DNA of 64,000 bases, taken from Treponemataceae bacterium (lineage in GTDB: Bacteria; Spirochaetota; Spirochaetia; Treponematales; Rectinemataceae). Every line of letters starts with the position of its first letter. Within the stretch, counting starts at the first letter, position 1. The position numbers and the translations under genes are program-made. This document shows positions 19,394 to 27,953 of this stretch, piece by piece. The notes below the pieces were generated by a model. It worked only from the letters and a program-made list of their open reading frames with translations, ran no database searches and was not told the DNA's origin. The stretch covers positions 256,001 through 320,000 of the forward strand of contig CAXXHO010000005.1 of assembly GCA_963667725.2 (NCBI GenBank). Direction: 5' to 3'.

Positions 19394-19792
19394 ATGATCC
19401 CGATCAGCATCTCCACGCTTTCCTCCCAACCGATCTACGCGCAGATAGAGGAACAGATACGGATCGCCGTTTTTTCCGGCACGCTGTCGCCGGAGACGGA
19501 ACTCCCATCGATACGAGTCCTGGCGCAGAACTTGAGGGTGAGTGTCATCACGACTAAGCGCGCCTACGACGACCTCGAAAAGGAAGGCTATCTCCGCACG
19601 GTACCGGGAAAGGGCAGCTACGCGGCCAGGCCCGAGATCGCCGAGATGACGCGCGAGCGGCTTCTCGCCCTGCGCGCGGCGCTGAAACCCCTGGTCACCG
19701 AGGCGGTCGCGCTGGGGTTTCGCGCGGAGGATATCGCGAACATCGTCGGGGAACTGTTTGCCGAGCGCGGCGAGGAGCATCAGCATGATTGA
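19394..19792 (+). CDS. GntR family regulator, YtrA subfamily (alternative start 19379)
   Basis: PIYAQIEEQI...LPSIRVLAQNLRVSVITTKRAYDDLE...GKGS with a short C-terminus. Confidence 0.9.
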   Translation: MIPISISTLSSQPIYAQIEEQIRIAVFSGTLSPETELPSIRVLAQNLRVSVITTKRAYDDLEKEGYLRTVPGKGSYAARPEIAEMTRERLLALRAALKPLVTEAVALGFRAEDIANIVGELFAERGEEHQHD

Positions 19793-20666
19793 CAGGGCGA
19801 TATGGACAAGAGGGATGACGAAGAAATTCGCCGGCTTCGAGCTGCGCGATGTAAACTTAAGCCTGGAAACAGGCTCCGTGCTCGGCCTCATCGGCCCCAA
19901 TGGCGCTGGCAAGACGACGACCATCAAGCTGCTCGGCGGACTGCTCAAGCCCGACTCAGGCGAGGTGGAGGTTCTGGGCGAAAATCCCTGGGGCGCGGGA
20001 CCTTCGCTCAGGCGAAGACTGGGAATCGTCAGCGACGAAAGCCAATGGTACGGTCCATTGAGCGCCGCGGATACTGAAGCTTGGGTGAAGCGGCTCTACC
20101 CGCGATGGGATTCGGCAGGCTACACGGCCAGGCTTTCGGAATTCGGCATCGACCGGCGCAAAAGGCTTTCGGATCTCTCGAAAGGGCAGAAGATGAAGTT
20201 CTCCCTCGCGGTGGCGCTCTCCCATGAAGCCGAACTCATCATCCTGGACGAGCCGACAAGCGGACTCGACCCCGTGTCGCGCAGCGAGCTTCTGGACACC
20301 CTCCATTCGGTGGTGTCGGAAGGCAAGGCGAGCATTCTCTTCTCGACGCACATCACCTCCGATCTCGAGCGCATAGCCGACCATATTGCCTTCATCATGG
20401 CGGGAAAAATCGTCTTCTGCGAGGACATCGATTCGGTCCTGGAGCGCCACGCGGTGATCCGAGGCCCGGCGGCGCTGCTCGATACCGCGCTCCTGGGTTA
20501 CGTCGTCGGGGCGAGGCGCTACGACGCCGGGTTCGAGGGGCTCACCGACAGGGCGACGGAACTTCGGGACGCGCCGCCGGCCGGGCTGATCATCGAGAGG
20601 GCTTCGCTCGAGGATATCATGGTCTATACGGCTAGGGAGGATTACCGTGTTCGCGCTATTGCTTAA
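19785..20666 (+). CDS. ABC exporter ATP-binding protein (YtrB-like)
   Basis: GPNGAGKTT, LSKGQKMK, LDEPTSGLDP, STHITSDLE. Confidence 0.92.
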   Translation: MIDRAIWTRGMTKKFAGFELRDVNLSLETGSVLGLIGPNGAGKTTTIKLLGGLLKPDSGEVEVLGENPWGAGPSLRRRLGIVSDESQWYGPLSAADTEAWVKRLYPRWDSAGYTARLSEFGIDRRKRLSDLSKGQKMKFSLAVALSHEAELIILDEPTSGLDPVSRSELLDTLHSVVSEGKASILFSTHITSDLERIADHIAFIMAGKIVFCEDIDSVLERHAVIRGPAALLDTALLGYVVGARRYDAGFEGLTDRATELRDAPPAGLIIERASLEDIMVYTAREDYRVRAIA

Positions 20667-21306
20667 GGATTGGCTGCTTCTCAGGAAAGAACAACTCATC
20701 ATCGCCGTGGTCTTCATCGCCCTGGCCCTCGGCGTCGCCGCCGGCGGCGCGGGTTCGGGGTTTTTCGCCGCGGGTTCGGGAATGGCGACCATCATTCTCC
20801 TTTTCCCCTCATACATCGCCGTTTCATATTCCAACGCATACGACTTCAAGTATGGCTGCGAGCCTCTGCTCGCCTGCCTTCCTCCAGGACGCGACGCGAT
20901 CGTCGGGTCGAAATATCTTCTAGCGCTGGCCGCCAACCTCCTGATTCCCGCCGCGGCTATACTGAGGGCTCTTTCCGCCGCTCTGGGCTTGGGTGGCGAC
21001 GCCTTTCCCTTCGAACTCTTCGCGACTTCCTTTAGCCTCTCGCTCATTCTCGCCGCCGTGGAACTGGCCTCATACTTCAGGTTTGGATACATAAAATCGC
21101 GATGGGCAGCCATGGCCGTGTTCGCCTGCGCGGGAGCCATCGCAGGTATCGCGAGCGGCGTGGTCGACACGGGAGCCTCGCCTGCGGTCGGAAGCGCCGC
21201 TGGAGGAAGCGCCGCCTTCCTCCTCCTCCTCTTCGGCGCGGGAGTCATTCTTTTTGCGCTCTCATGGCTCTATTCGGTGAGGACCTATAAAAAAAAGGAA
21301 TTTTAG
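20647..21306 (+). CDS. ABC-2 transporter permease
   Basis: LLLKDW start, LPPGRDAIVGSKY, C-terminal YKKKEF; hydrophobic. Confidence 0.82.
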   Translation: MFALLLKDWLLLRKEQLIIAVVFIALALGVAAGGAGSGFFAAGSGMATIILLFPSYIAVSYSNAYDFKYGCEPLLACLPPGRDAIVGSKYLLALAANLLIPAAAILRALSAALGLGGDAFPFELFATSFSLSLILAAVELASYFRFGYIKSRWAAMAVFACAGAIAGIASGVVDTGASPAVGSAAGGSAAFLLLLFGAGVILFALSWLYSVRTYKKKEF

Positions 21307-21944
21307 CGGATAGGCGCCAGCGTCTTTCCCTGCCCGTACTGGGTCAACTCCAGCCCTCCGCCGCTGAGGTCGGCAAAGCGGGAACGGAATTCATCCAAGC
21401 CGCGCAGGGGAATTTCCACCTTGATTTGAACGAGTTCGACGAACTCCGTTGACAGCAGCTTGCCCCCGCTCGCTTCCGCCGCGCTCCTGAAGAGTTCGAA
21501 GAGCCGATAGGGCAAGGCGGCCGAAAGGAAGGTCACCTCGACGAGCTCGCCCCGACGGACGGCCTCCAGCACTTTCTTGCCCGCCTCGGAATATGCCTTG
21601 ACGAGGCCGCCCGTTCCGAGGAGGGTCCCGCCGAAGTACCGCGTCACCACCACCACCACGTTGCCCAGGCCGGAGCCGCGAAGGACCGAGAGAAGCGGGC
21701 GACCGGAAGTGCCCGAGGGCTCCCCGTCGTCCGAGCAGAATTCCGTGCTGGAGTTGCCGCCTCCCACGATGAAGGCGGGAACGTTGTGCGACGCATCAGG
21801 GAATTCCTTTCTTACGGAGGCCATGAAGTTGCGCGCTTCCTCCACCGTCTCGACGTAGTCGAGGCTCGCTATGAAGCGCGAATTGACGACGACGATCTCC
21901 GCCCTGGCAGGGCCGAGGGGGACGTGAAAGCTGTTATCGTTCAT
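21303..21944 (-). CDS. yigZ: YigZ/IMPACT family protein
   Basis: SRFIA, DASHN, SDDGEPSGTSGRP, VTRYFGGTLLGTGGLVKAY. Confidence 0.92.
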   Translation of the reverse strand: MNDNSFHVPLGPARAEIVVVNSRFIASLDYVETVEEARNFMASVRKEFPDASHNVPAFIVGGGNSSTEFCSDDGEPSGTSGRPLLSVLRGSGLGNVVVVVTRYFGGTLLGTGGLVKAYSEAGKKVLEAVRRGELVEVTFLSAALPYRLFELFRSAAEASGGKLLSTEFVELVQIKVEIPLRGLDEFRSRFADLSGGGLELTQYGQGKTLAPIR

Positions 21945-21954
21945 AGGAATCGGT

Positions 21955-23100
21955 TCATGTCAGCGCGATGACCATTTCGCTGTGCCCCTTATTTTTCGCC
22001 GATTTGAGGGCATCGGCGCAGGCCGTGTAAATCATCGGAAAATGGATATCCCGGCCCGCGGGATTGTCGAAGGCCGCGGCTCCAATGGAAACGCTATAGG
22101 CGACGCCGTCGGGGGGATTCGCCACCGCGGACGCGCGCAGCGCCGACACGAAAGCATCCAGATGCTGGCGATCCAATCCGTTCACGAACACCATGAACTC
22201 GTCGCCACTAAGGCGCCCGATGAAGCCGCGCGTCCCCACGTTGCCGCGGAGCCGCTCGACCGTGTTGGCGATGATGCCGTCGCCGACAACGTAGCCATGT
22301 TCCTCGTTGATTTCGTTGAGCCCGTCTATATCGACGAGCAGCATGGAAAAAGCGCCGTTGTCGTAGGAAGCCTTGTCGATCGCCGTCACCATCGCGTCGA
22401 TGAATCCGTCGCGGTTGAAGGCGCCGGTGGCTTCGTCGAAATGCGCTATGCGGACCAGGCGGGCGTCGGTATTCTCCTTCGCGAAGAGGATTATGCCTAT
22501 ACCTCCCAGGATGAGGTAGATATAGAGCGAAAATACGGTGAGCTTCTCGCCCAGCGTCGGCCCGAAAATGACGAGAGCCGGCCCGAGGCGGATCGCGTCG
22601 ACGATGCGGAAGGCCATGGCCGCAAGCATGGCGATGAACAGGCTTCCCAGTACGACGCGCAGCGATGAGTCATCCTGCACGAAAAGCACGCGCAGAACGG
22701 CCGGAAGAAGGATGACGATATTCACGAACGTGATGACGATGACCCGAATGTAGGGATCCAGTCCGATCAGCATGGAGGCAACGTAAAGCACGATGCCGGC
22801 GACGAGGGGGATGCGCATTTTCTTCTTGATTTCCGACGTCAAAGCGCCGGACAGGCCGAGAAGGGCCAATGCCTCAAAATAGGAGCTGACGATAAGCGGA
22901 ACGGTGGTGAGCACCGCGAATATATCAAGCGGAACCAAGAGCCGAATCCAGATGAAAATATTGGAGAAAGCCAACATAAGTTGGGCAAAGAAATGATGAC
23001 GGATCGCTTCCTCGGTATATTTCTTGCGATACACGGCGAGAAGAAGAAGAATGAGAAGGTTACCGCTGGCCATGAAAATGAATGACGTTTTTGAATCCAT
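21955..23100 (-). CDS. Membrane-bound GGDEF-domain protein (SGDEF variant)
   Basis: About seven TM, then DEATGAFNR, DIDGLNEINEEHGYVVGD, GRLSGDEF, SVSIG. Confidence 0.85.
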   Translation of the reverse strand: MDSKTSFIFMASGNLLILLLLAVYRKKYTEEAIRHHFFAQLMLAFSNIFIWIRLLVPLDIFAVLTTVPLIVSSYFEALALLGLSGALTSEIKKKMRIPLVAGIVLYVASMLIGLDPYIRVIVITFVNIVILLPAVLRVLFVQDDSSLRVVLGSLFIAMLAAMAFRIVDAIRLGPALVIFGPTLGEKLTVFSLYIYLILGGIGIILFAKENTDARLVRIAHFDEATGAFNRDGFIDAMVTAIDKASYDNGAFSMLLVDIDGLNEINEEHGYVVGDGIIANTVERLRGNVGTRGFIGRLSGDEFMVFVNGLDRQHLDAFVSALRASAVANPPDGVAYSVSIGAAAFDNPAGRDIHFPMIYTACADALKSAKNKGHSEMVIALT

Positions 23101-23143
23101 ACACAATTTTCGACGGGAAACTCCCTAATTGTCAATACGCGAG

Positions 23144-23848
23144 TTATTTATTATCGCTGTGGTCAAGTTTCAGAAAATGCCCGAACCGCTCCTTTTTCGT
23201 TTCCAGATAAGCCTTGTCCTGTTCGTGGGCGGGCAGCTCGTGCTGAACCCTTTCCAGCACCGCGATGCCGTACTTTTCAAGCTCCGCCACCTTTTCGGGA
23301 TTATTCGTCATGAGGCGGACGCTCTTGATACCGATCTTTTTCAGCATGGCCGCGGGGATGGCGTAATCGCGCTCGTCGGCCTTGAAACCGAGGGCCAGGT
23401 TTGCGTCGTAGGTGTCGTAGCCTCCGTCCTGGAGGGCGTAAGCCCTCAGCTTGTTGACGAGGCCGATGCCACGGCCTTCGGCCTGATGGTAAAGGACGGC
23501 GCCCCGCCCCTCGGCCTCGATCATGGCGAGCGCTCGGTGAAGTTGGGGTCCGCAGTCGCAGCGCCGGCTGCCGAAGGCGTCGCCGGTGAGACAGGCCGAA
23601 TGGATCCGGAGCAGGAGGTTTTCCCCGTCGCCTATATCGCCCTTGACGATCATGACATGGTCCTTGCCGTCTTTGTTGTTGACGAAGCCGACGATGGAAA
23701 AATGGCCGTATTCGCTGGGAAAATCGGCGACCGAAGCCACCATGACGCAGACTTCCTCGGCGCAGCCGGCGCAGTTGTCGGCGCCGGGGCAATCATGGAG
23801 CGCCTTCATGTCCTGCCGGATCACTTGCTCGATGGTAGGGATTATCAT
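23144..23848 (-). CDS. ribA: GTP cyclohydrolase II with a Cys-rich N-terminal extension
   Basis: RIHSACLTGDAFGSRRCDCGPQL, EGRGIGL, DERDY, LMTNNPEK, YLETK..FGH. Confidence 0.93.
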   Translation of the reverse strand: MIIPTIEQVIRQDMKALHDCPGADNCAGCAEEVCVMVASVADFPSEYGHFSIVGFVNNKDGKDHVMIVKGDIGDGENLLLRIHSACLTGDAFGSRRCDCGPQLHRALAMIEAEGRGAVLYHQAEGRGIGLVNKLRAYALQDGGYDTYDANLALGFKADERDYAIPAAMLKKIGIKSVRLMTNNPEKVAELEKYGIAVLERVQHELPAHEQDKAYLETKKERFGHFLKLDHSDNK

Positions 23849-25305
23849 TGTATGGTCTCCACGCGGATCATGTTCGTCGAACCTTGCTGCGCGAGTGGAA
23901 GGCCCGCGACGATGACGACCTTGTCGCCTTCGCTCAGGAGCTTTTCCTTTTTGCAGATGGCGATGGCTTCGTCTACGACGGCATCGAGCCTCGTGCCCGT
24001 GCCGCTGTGCAGGAAGGGGCGGACACCCCAGTTGAGCGCGAGCTGGTTGAAGAGCTTTTTGTCGCTCAGGAAGGCGTAGATCGGCATGCGGGGACGGAGG
24101 CGCGAGAGGAGCCGCGCTGCCTGTCCCGTTTCGGTGAGGACGACGAGGGCCTTGGCGTTGCAGAGATAGGCGACCGAGACAGCGTTGTACGACATTATAG
24201 CGGGGATGTCGCCCGTCTTCACTTCGGGCGGAACGTCGTGGTGGAAATCGACATAGTCGAACTGTTTTTCGACAGCGTCGATGATCGAATGCATGGTGCG
24301 CACCACCTGGACGGGATACTTGCCCATCGCCGTTTCTCCCGAAAGCATCACGGCGCTCGTGGAGTCGAAACAGGCGTTGGCCACGTCCGAAGCCTCGGCC
24401 CTCGTGGGCATCGGGCTTTCGATCATGGATTCGAGCATCTGCGTCGCCGTGATCACGGGCTTCGCGGCCAGATAGCCCTTGCGGATCATGCTTTTCTGGG
24501 CAATCGGGACGATTTCTATGGGCATTTCGACGCCGAGGTCTCCCCTCGCGACCATGATGCCGTCGGACTCGCGGATTATCTCGTCGACATTGGAAAGGCC
24601 GCGCGCCGTTTCGATCTTCGCTATGAGCTTGACGATGGAACGCTTGCCGGAAGAGACTGCCGCTCGCTGGATCAGCCTGCGGACTTCCTCTATATCGGTG
24701 GCGCAGCGGACAAAGGAGAGGGCGATGTAATCGATGTCGTGCCCCACGGCCCAGAGTATGTCGGCTATGTCTTTTTCCGAAAGGAAGGGAATGGGATAGT
24801 CGGCTCCTGGAATCGTCAGGTGCGCCTTGGGGTGGAGCTCGCCCTCGTTGTCGATGCGCACGGTCACGGATTTCGTTCCTCGCTTTAGGACGCTTCCCGC
24901 GAAATAGCCGTCCATGAGAATGATCTTCTGGCCCGGAGCGCAGATCCTGTCGATATCGGGTAGATTGGTATACACGAGGTTCGGCTCGCCGGCGACAAGC
25001 GCCTCTATGCCGACAGGATCGCGGCTTTCGAGGGTGATTTGGTCGCCGGCTTTTATCGAGATATTCTGCTTGTAGCCATAGAGCCTGATGGCCGGCCCTT
25101 TTATGTCGGCCATGATGGCGATCGGCTTCCCCGTCTCCTTCTGCGCTTCCCTGATAAGGCCGATGGCCAGATCCGCCTCTTCATAGGTCTTGTGGGAAAA
25201 ATTGAGCCGAAAGACATCCACGCCCTCGCGTATCATATCGCGAATGATTTCGGGCTTTTCCGAAGCCGGACCTGTGGTCGCGACTATCTTCGTTCTCTTA
25301 TCCAT
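23845..25305 (-). CDS. pyk: Pyruvate kinase
   Basis: TKIVATTGPAS, RLNFSH, IAKIE, MVARGDLGVE, ATQMLESM, PTRAEASDVANA, MLSGETA. Confidence 0.97.
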   Translation of the reverse strand: MDKRTKIVATTGPASEKPEIIRDMIREGVDVFRLNFSHKTYEEADLAIGLIREAQKETGKPIAIMADIKGPAIRLYGYKQNISIKAGDQITLESRDPVGIEALVAGEPNLVYTNLPDIDRICAPGQKIILMDGYFAGSVLKRGTKSVTVRIDNEGELHPKAHLTIPGADYPIPFLSEKDIADILWAVGHDIDYIALSFVRCATDIEEVRRLIQRAAVSSGKRSIVKLIAKIETARGLSNVDEIIRESDGIMVARGDLGVEMPIEIVPIAQKSMIRKGYLAAKPVITATQMLESMIESPMPTRAEASDVANACFDSTSAVMLSGETAMGKYPVQVVRTMHSIIDAVEKQFDYVDFHHDVPPEVKTGDIPAIMSYNAVSVAYLCNAKALVVLTETGQAARLLSRLRPRMPIYAFLSDKKLFNQLALNWGVRPFLHSGTGTRLDAVVDEAIAICKKEKLLSEGDKVVIVAGLPLAQQGSTNMIRVETIQ

Positions 25306-25907
25306 GCTTCTTCCTCCCGGATCGCATCCATGCCAGTCCCGATCGCCAGAATATACTCACGTATCGCTCTTTTCGCCGAATCGAAGGCGATTTCGCCCCA
25401 GGGAATCGCGTTGGCCGGGAAAATGCCAACCTCGGTCGCCTCCCGCGGATCGATGACGAAACCGGCAACATCGACGGCGCTTGCCTCAGCGTAAAAATAC
25501 AGATCGCAGGTCGCGTAGGGAATGCCTTTGTAGCGGTAAACATTGGGAAAAGTAGCTAAAAACTCCGTTTTTTCGGGAGCCCAGCCCAATTCTTCCCGGC
25601 ACTCGCGCAGAGCAGCCTCCTCGGCCCGTTCAGCAGGCTCCACAAATCCGCCGGGCAGGCTCCAAAAGCCCCGCCGAGGCTCCTTAGCCCTTTTCAGCAG
25701 CGCGAGGGAGCCTTCCACATCAAGGATAATCGTCGCCGAAGTCGCCACGTTATGAAAATACTCGAAGCCGCAGTCAGGGCAAACCCAGTTATTTCCTCCG
25801 AGAAAAGAGATGCGTGGGCTCGCGCATGAAGGACAGAATTGGAAGACCATCCCGGCATCAGCCGCTCCCGCGGCATCGCCGGCTTCCCTGACGCTCGAAA
25901 ATTCCAT
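25284..25907 (-). CDS. NUDIX hydrolase with N-terminal zinc ribbon
   Basis: CPSC..CPDC; Nudix box GGFVEPAERAEEAALRECREELG. Confidence 0.88.
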   Translation of the reverse strand: MEFSSVREAGDAAGAADAGMVFQFCPSCASPRISFLGGNNWVCPDCGFEYFHNVATSATIILDVEGSLALLKRAKEPRRGFWSLPGGFVEPAERAEEAALRECREELGWAPEKTEFLATFPNVYRYKGIPYATCDLYFYAEASAVDVAGFVIDPREATEVGIFPANAIPWGEIAFDSAKRAIREYILAIGTGMDAIREEEAWIRERR

Positions 25908-25922
25908 ACTATCAGTATAGGT

Positions 25923-27788
25923 ATGAACGACAAAGAATACGAGACGCCCGGCCTCCCCGAAAAAAAGAACAAATCGCTTCAGCTCTCTCCCGCCGCCGAG
26001 AAGAACGCCCGCTTCCGCGCCTTGGTGCGACAGGCTCCCGATGCGCCGGGCGTCTACATAATGCGCGATCCCGAAGGCCATATAATCTACGTAGGCAAAG
26101 CCAAGATATTAAGGAATCGTCTCCTTTCCTATTTTTCGGGAAAGAAAGACATAAAGACGCGGCATCTCGTCTCGCGCGTGGAAAATATCGAATGGATCCT
26201 GGCGGGGAGCGAATACGACGCTCTCCTCATCGAAAACAACCTGATAAAAGAACATACTCCCAAATACAATATCAACCTGAAGGACGGGAAAACCTATCCC
26301 TCCATTCGCGTCACGAACGAGGAATTCCCGCGCATTTTCAAGACCCGCAGGATCATCAACGACGGCTCCGAATATTTCGGCCCCTTTCCGAGCGCCGAGA
26401 CGATAGATACTTACCTCGAACTCATAAAACGGCTCTTTCCCCTGCGTCGCTGCGTCACCATGCGCAAGCGCGAGACGCCTTGCATGTACTACCATATCGG
26501 CCGCTGCCCCGGCCCCTGCGCCGGAAAGATCAGCAGGGAAGCGTATCTGGAGCGGGTCGGGCAGATACGCAAGCTGCTTTCGGGCGAAACCGCCGAACTT
26601 CTCGCCGACCTCAAGAAACGAATGGACAAGGCATCCGAGGAATTCCGCTTCGAGGAAGCGGCCCGCCTCAGGGACGCCCTCAAGGCCGTGGACCTTTTCG
26701 TGGGCAGAAGCAACGTGCAGGACTTCGACCCGGCGGCCAGGGACTATCTGGCATGGCACTGCGACGGAGACCTCGCCTCCTTCATCGTGTTCACGATGCG
26801 CGACGGCAGGCTGAAAGGGCGCGACAGCTTCATCTCGCCGCTCTACGACACCGAGGAAGAGGCCCTACAGGCCTTCCTCACCAGTTATTACGGCGCCGAA
26901 CGCCTCCCTCCTCCTTTCATTTACCTGATGAAGTCCATAGGCACCAAGCCGGTCGCCGAGTATTTCAAGAGACAGCTGGGCGTCAAGACGCGCTTCCTCG
27001 CGCCGAAGGAACAGCGCCACAGCGCTTCCATAAACCTCGCGGCGCAGAACGCCAAGGAAGAACTCATCAAGAAGCGCAGGGAAGTCGGCGACACCCAGGC
27101 GCTCCTGGAACTTAAATCGGCGCTGGGCCTCGCCTCGGTCCCGACGCGGATCGAAGGCTTCGACATAGCCCACCTGGCGGGCAAAAACACGGTCGCTTCG
27201 CTCATCAGCTTCAGGAACGGCGTCCCCGACAAGAAAAACTACCGGTATTTCCGCATACGGAGCCTCGGAGGCGCCATCGATGACTTCGCCTCCATCCGCG
27301 AAGCCGTCGCGAGGCGCTATACCCGCCTCATAAACGAGGAAGCCGACCTGCCCGACCTCATCCTCATCGATGGCGGCGCCGGCCAGGTTTCCGCCGCCAA
27401 GGAAATCCTCGACGAGCTCGGCCTCGACTGCGACCTCGCCGGCTTGGCGAAGAAGAACGAGGAAATCTACCTTCCGGACAGGCTCGGCCCCGTCGTTCTG
27501 CCCAAGGATTCGCCGGCGCTGCGCGTCCTTGTCGCCATCCGCGACGAAACCCACCGTTTCGCGACCGGTCTTTCCAAGAAGCTTCGAACGAAGGACCTGC
27601 GCTTTACCGTGCTGAAGTCGGTGGAGGGCATCGGCGAGGCGAGGGCGAAGCGTCTGATGAAGAGCTTCGGATCGCTGGGCGCCATCGCGGTGGCCGAGCC
27701 CGAGGCCATAGCCAAGGCGGCGGGCATTTCCCTGGAGAAAGCCCTCGCCGTCAGGGAAAAGGCCGCCCTGTCCTATGGCGCGAACTGA
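25923..27788 (+). CDS. uvrC: Excinuclease ABC subunit C
   Basis: PGVYIM, YVGKAK, PKYNINLKD, FEEAARLRD, RIEGFDI, PDLILIDGG, RDETHRFA, HhH GIG. Confidence 0.96.
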   Translation: MNDKEYETPGLPEKKNKSLQLSPAAEKNARFRALVRQAPDAPGVYIMRDPEGHIIYVGKAKILRNRLLSYFSGKKDIKTRHLVSRVENIEWILAGSEYDALLIENNLIKEHTPKYNINLKDGKTYPSIRVTNEEFPRIFKTRRIINDGSEYFGPFPSAETIDTYLELIKRLFPLRRCVTMRKRETPCMYYHIGRCPGPCAGKISREAYLERVGQIRKLLSGETAELLADLKKRMDKASEEFRFEEAARLRDALKAVDLFVGRSNVQDFDPAARDYLAWHCDGDLASFIVFTMRDGRLKGRDSFISPLYDTEEEALQAFLTSYYGAERLPPPFIYLMKSIGTKPVAEYFKRQLGVKTRFLAPKEQRHSASINLAAQNAKEELIKKRREVGDTQALLELKSALGLASVPTRIEGFDIAHLAGKNTVASLISFRNGVPDKKNYRYFRIRSLGGAIDDFASIREAVARRYTRLINEEADLPDLILIDGGAGQVSAAKEILDELGLDCDLAGLAKKNEEIYLPDRLGPVVLPKDSPALRVLVAIRDETHRFATGLSKKLRTKDLRFTVLKSVEGIGEARAKRLMKSFGSLGAIAVAEPEAIAKAAGISLEKALAVREKAALSYGAN

Positions 27789-27953
27789 GGCCGCCGGCGC
27801 CTAAGACATCGCGGCGAGCCGCCCAAGGCAGGCCAGCGACAATAAAAAATCGCGCGTTTCCGCGGGATTCAGCAAGGTTCCGCGAGATTCCCCTGCTCCC
27901 AAAAACCGTGGAAGCAGGGTATTATAGATCATCATTTTTTTAGGAGCGACCCA

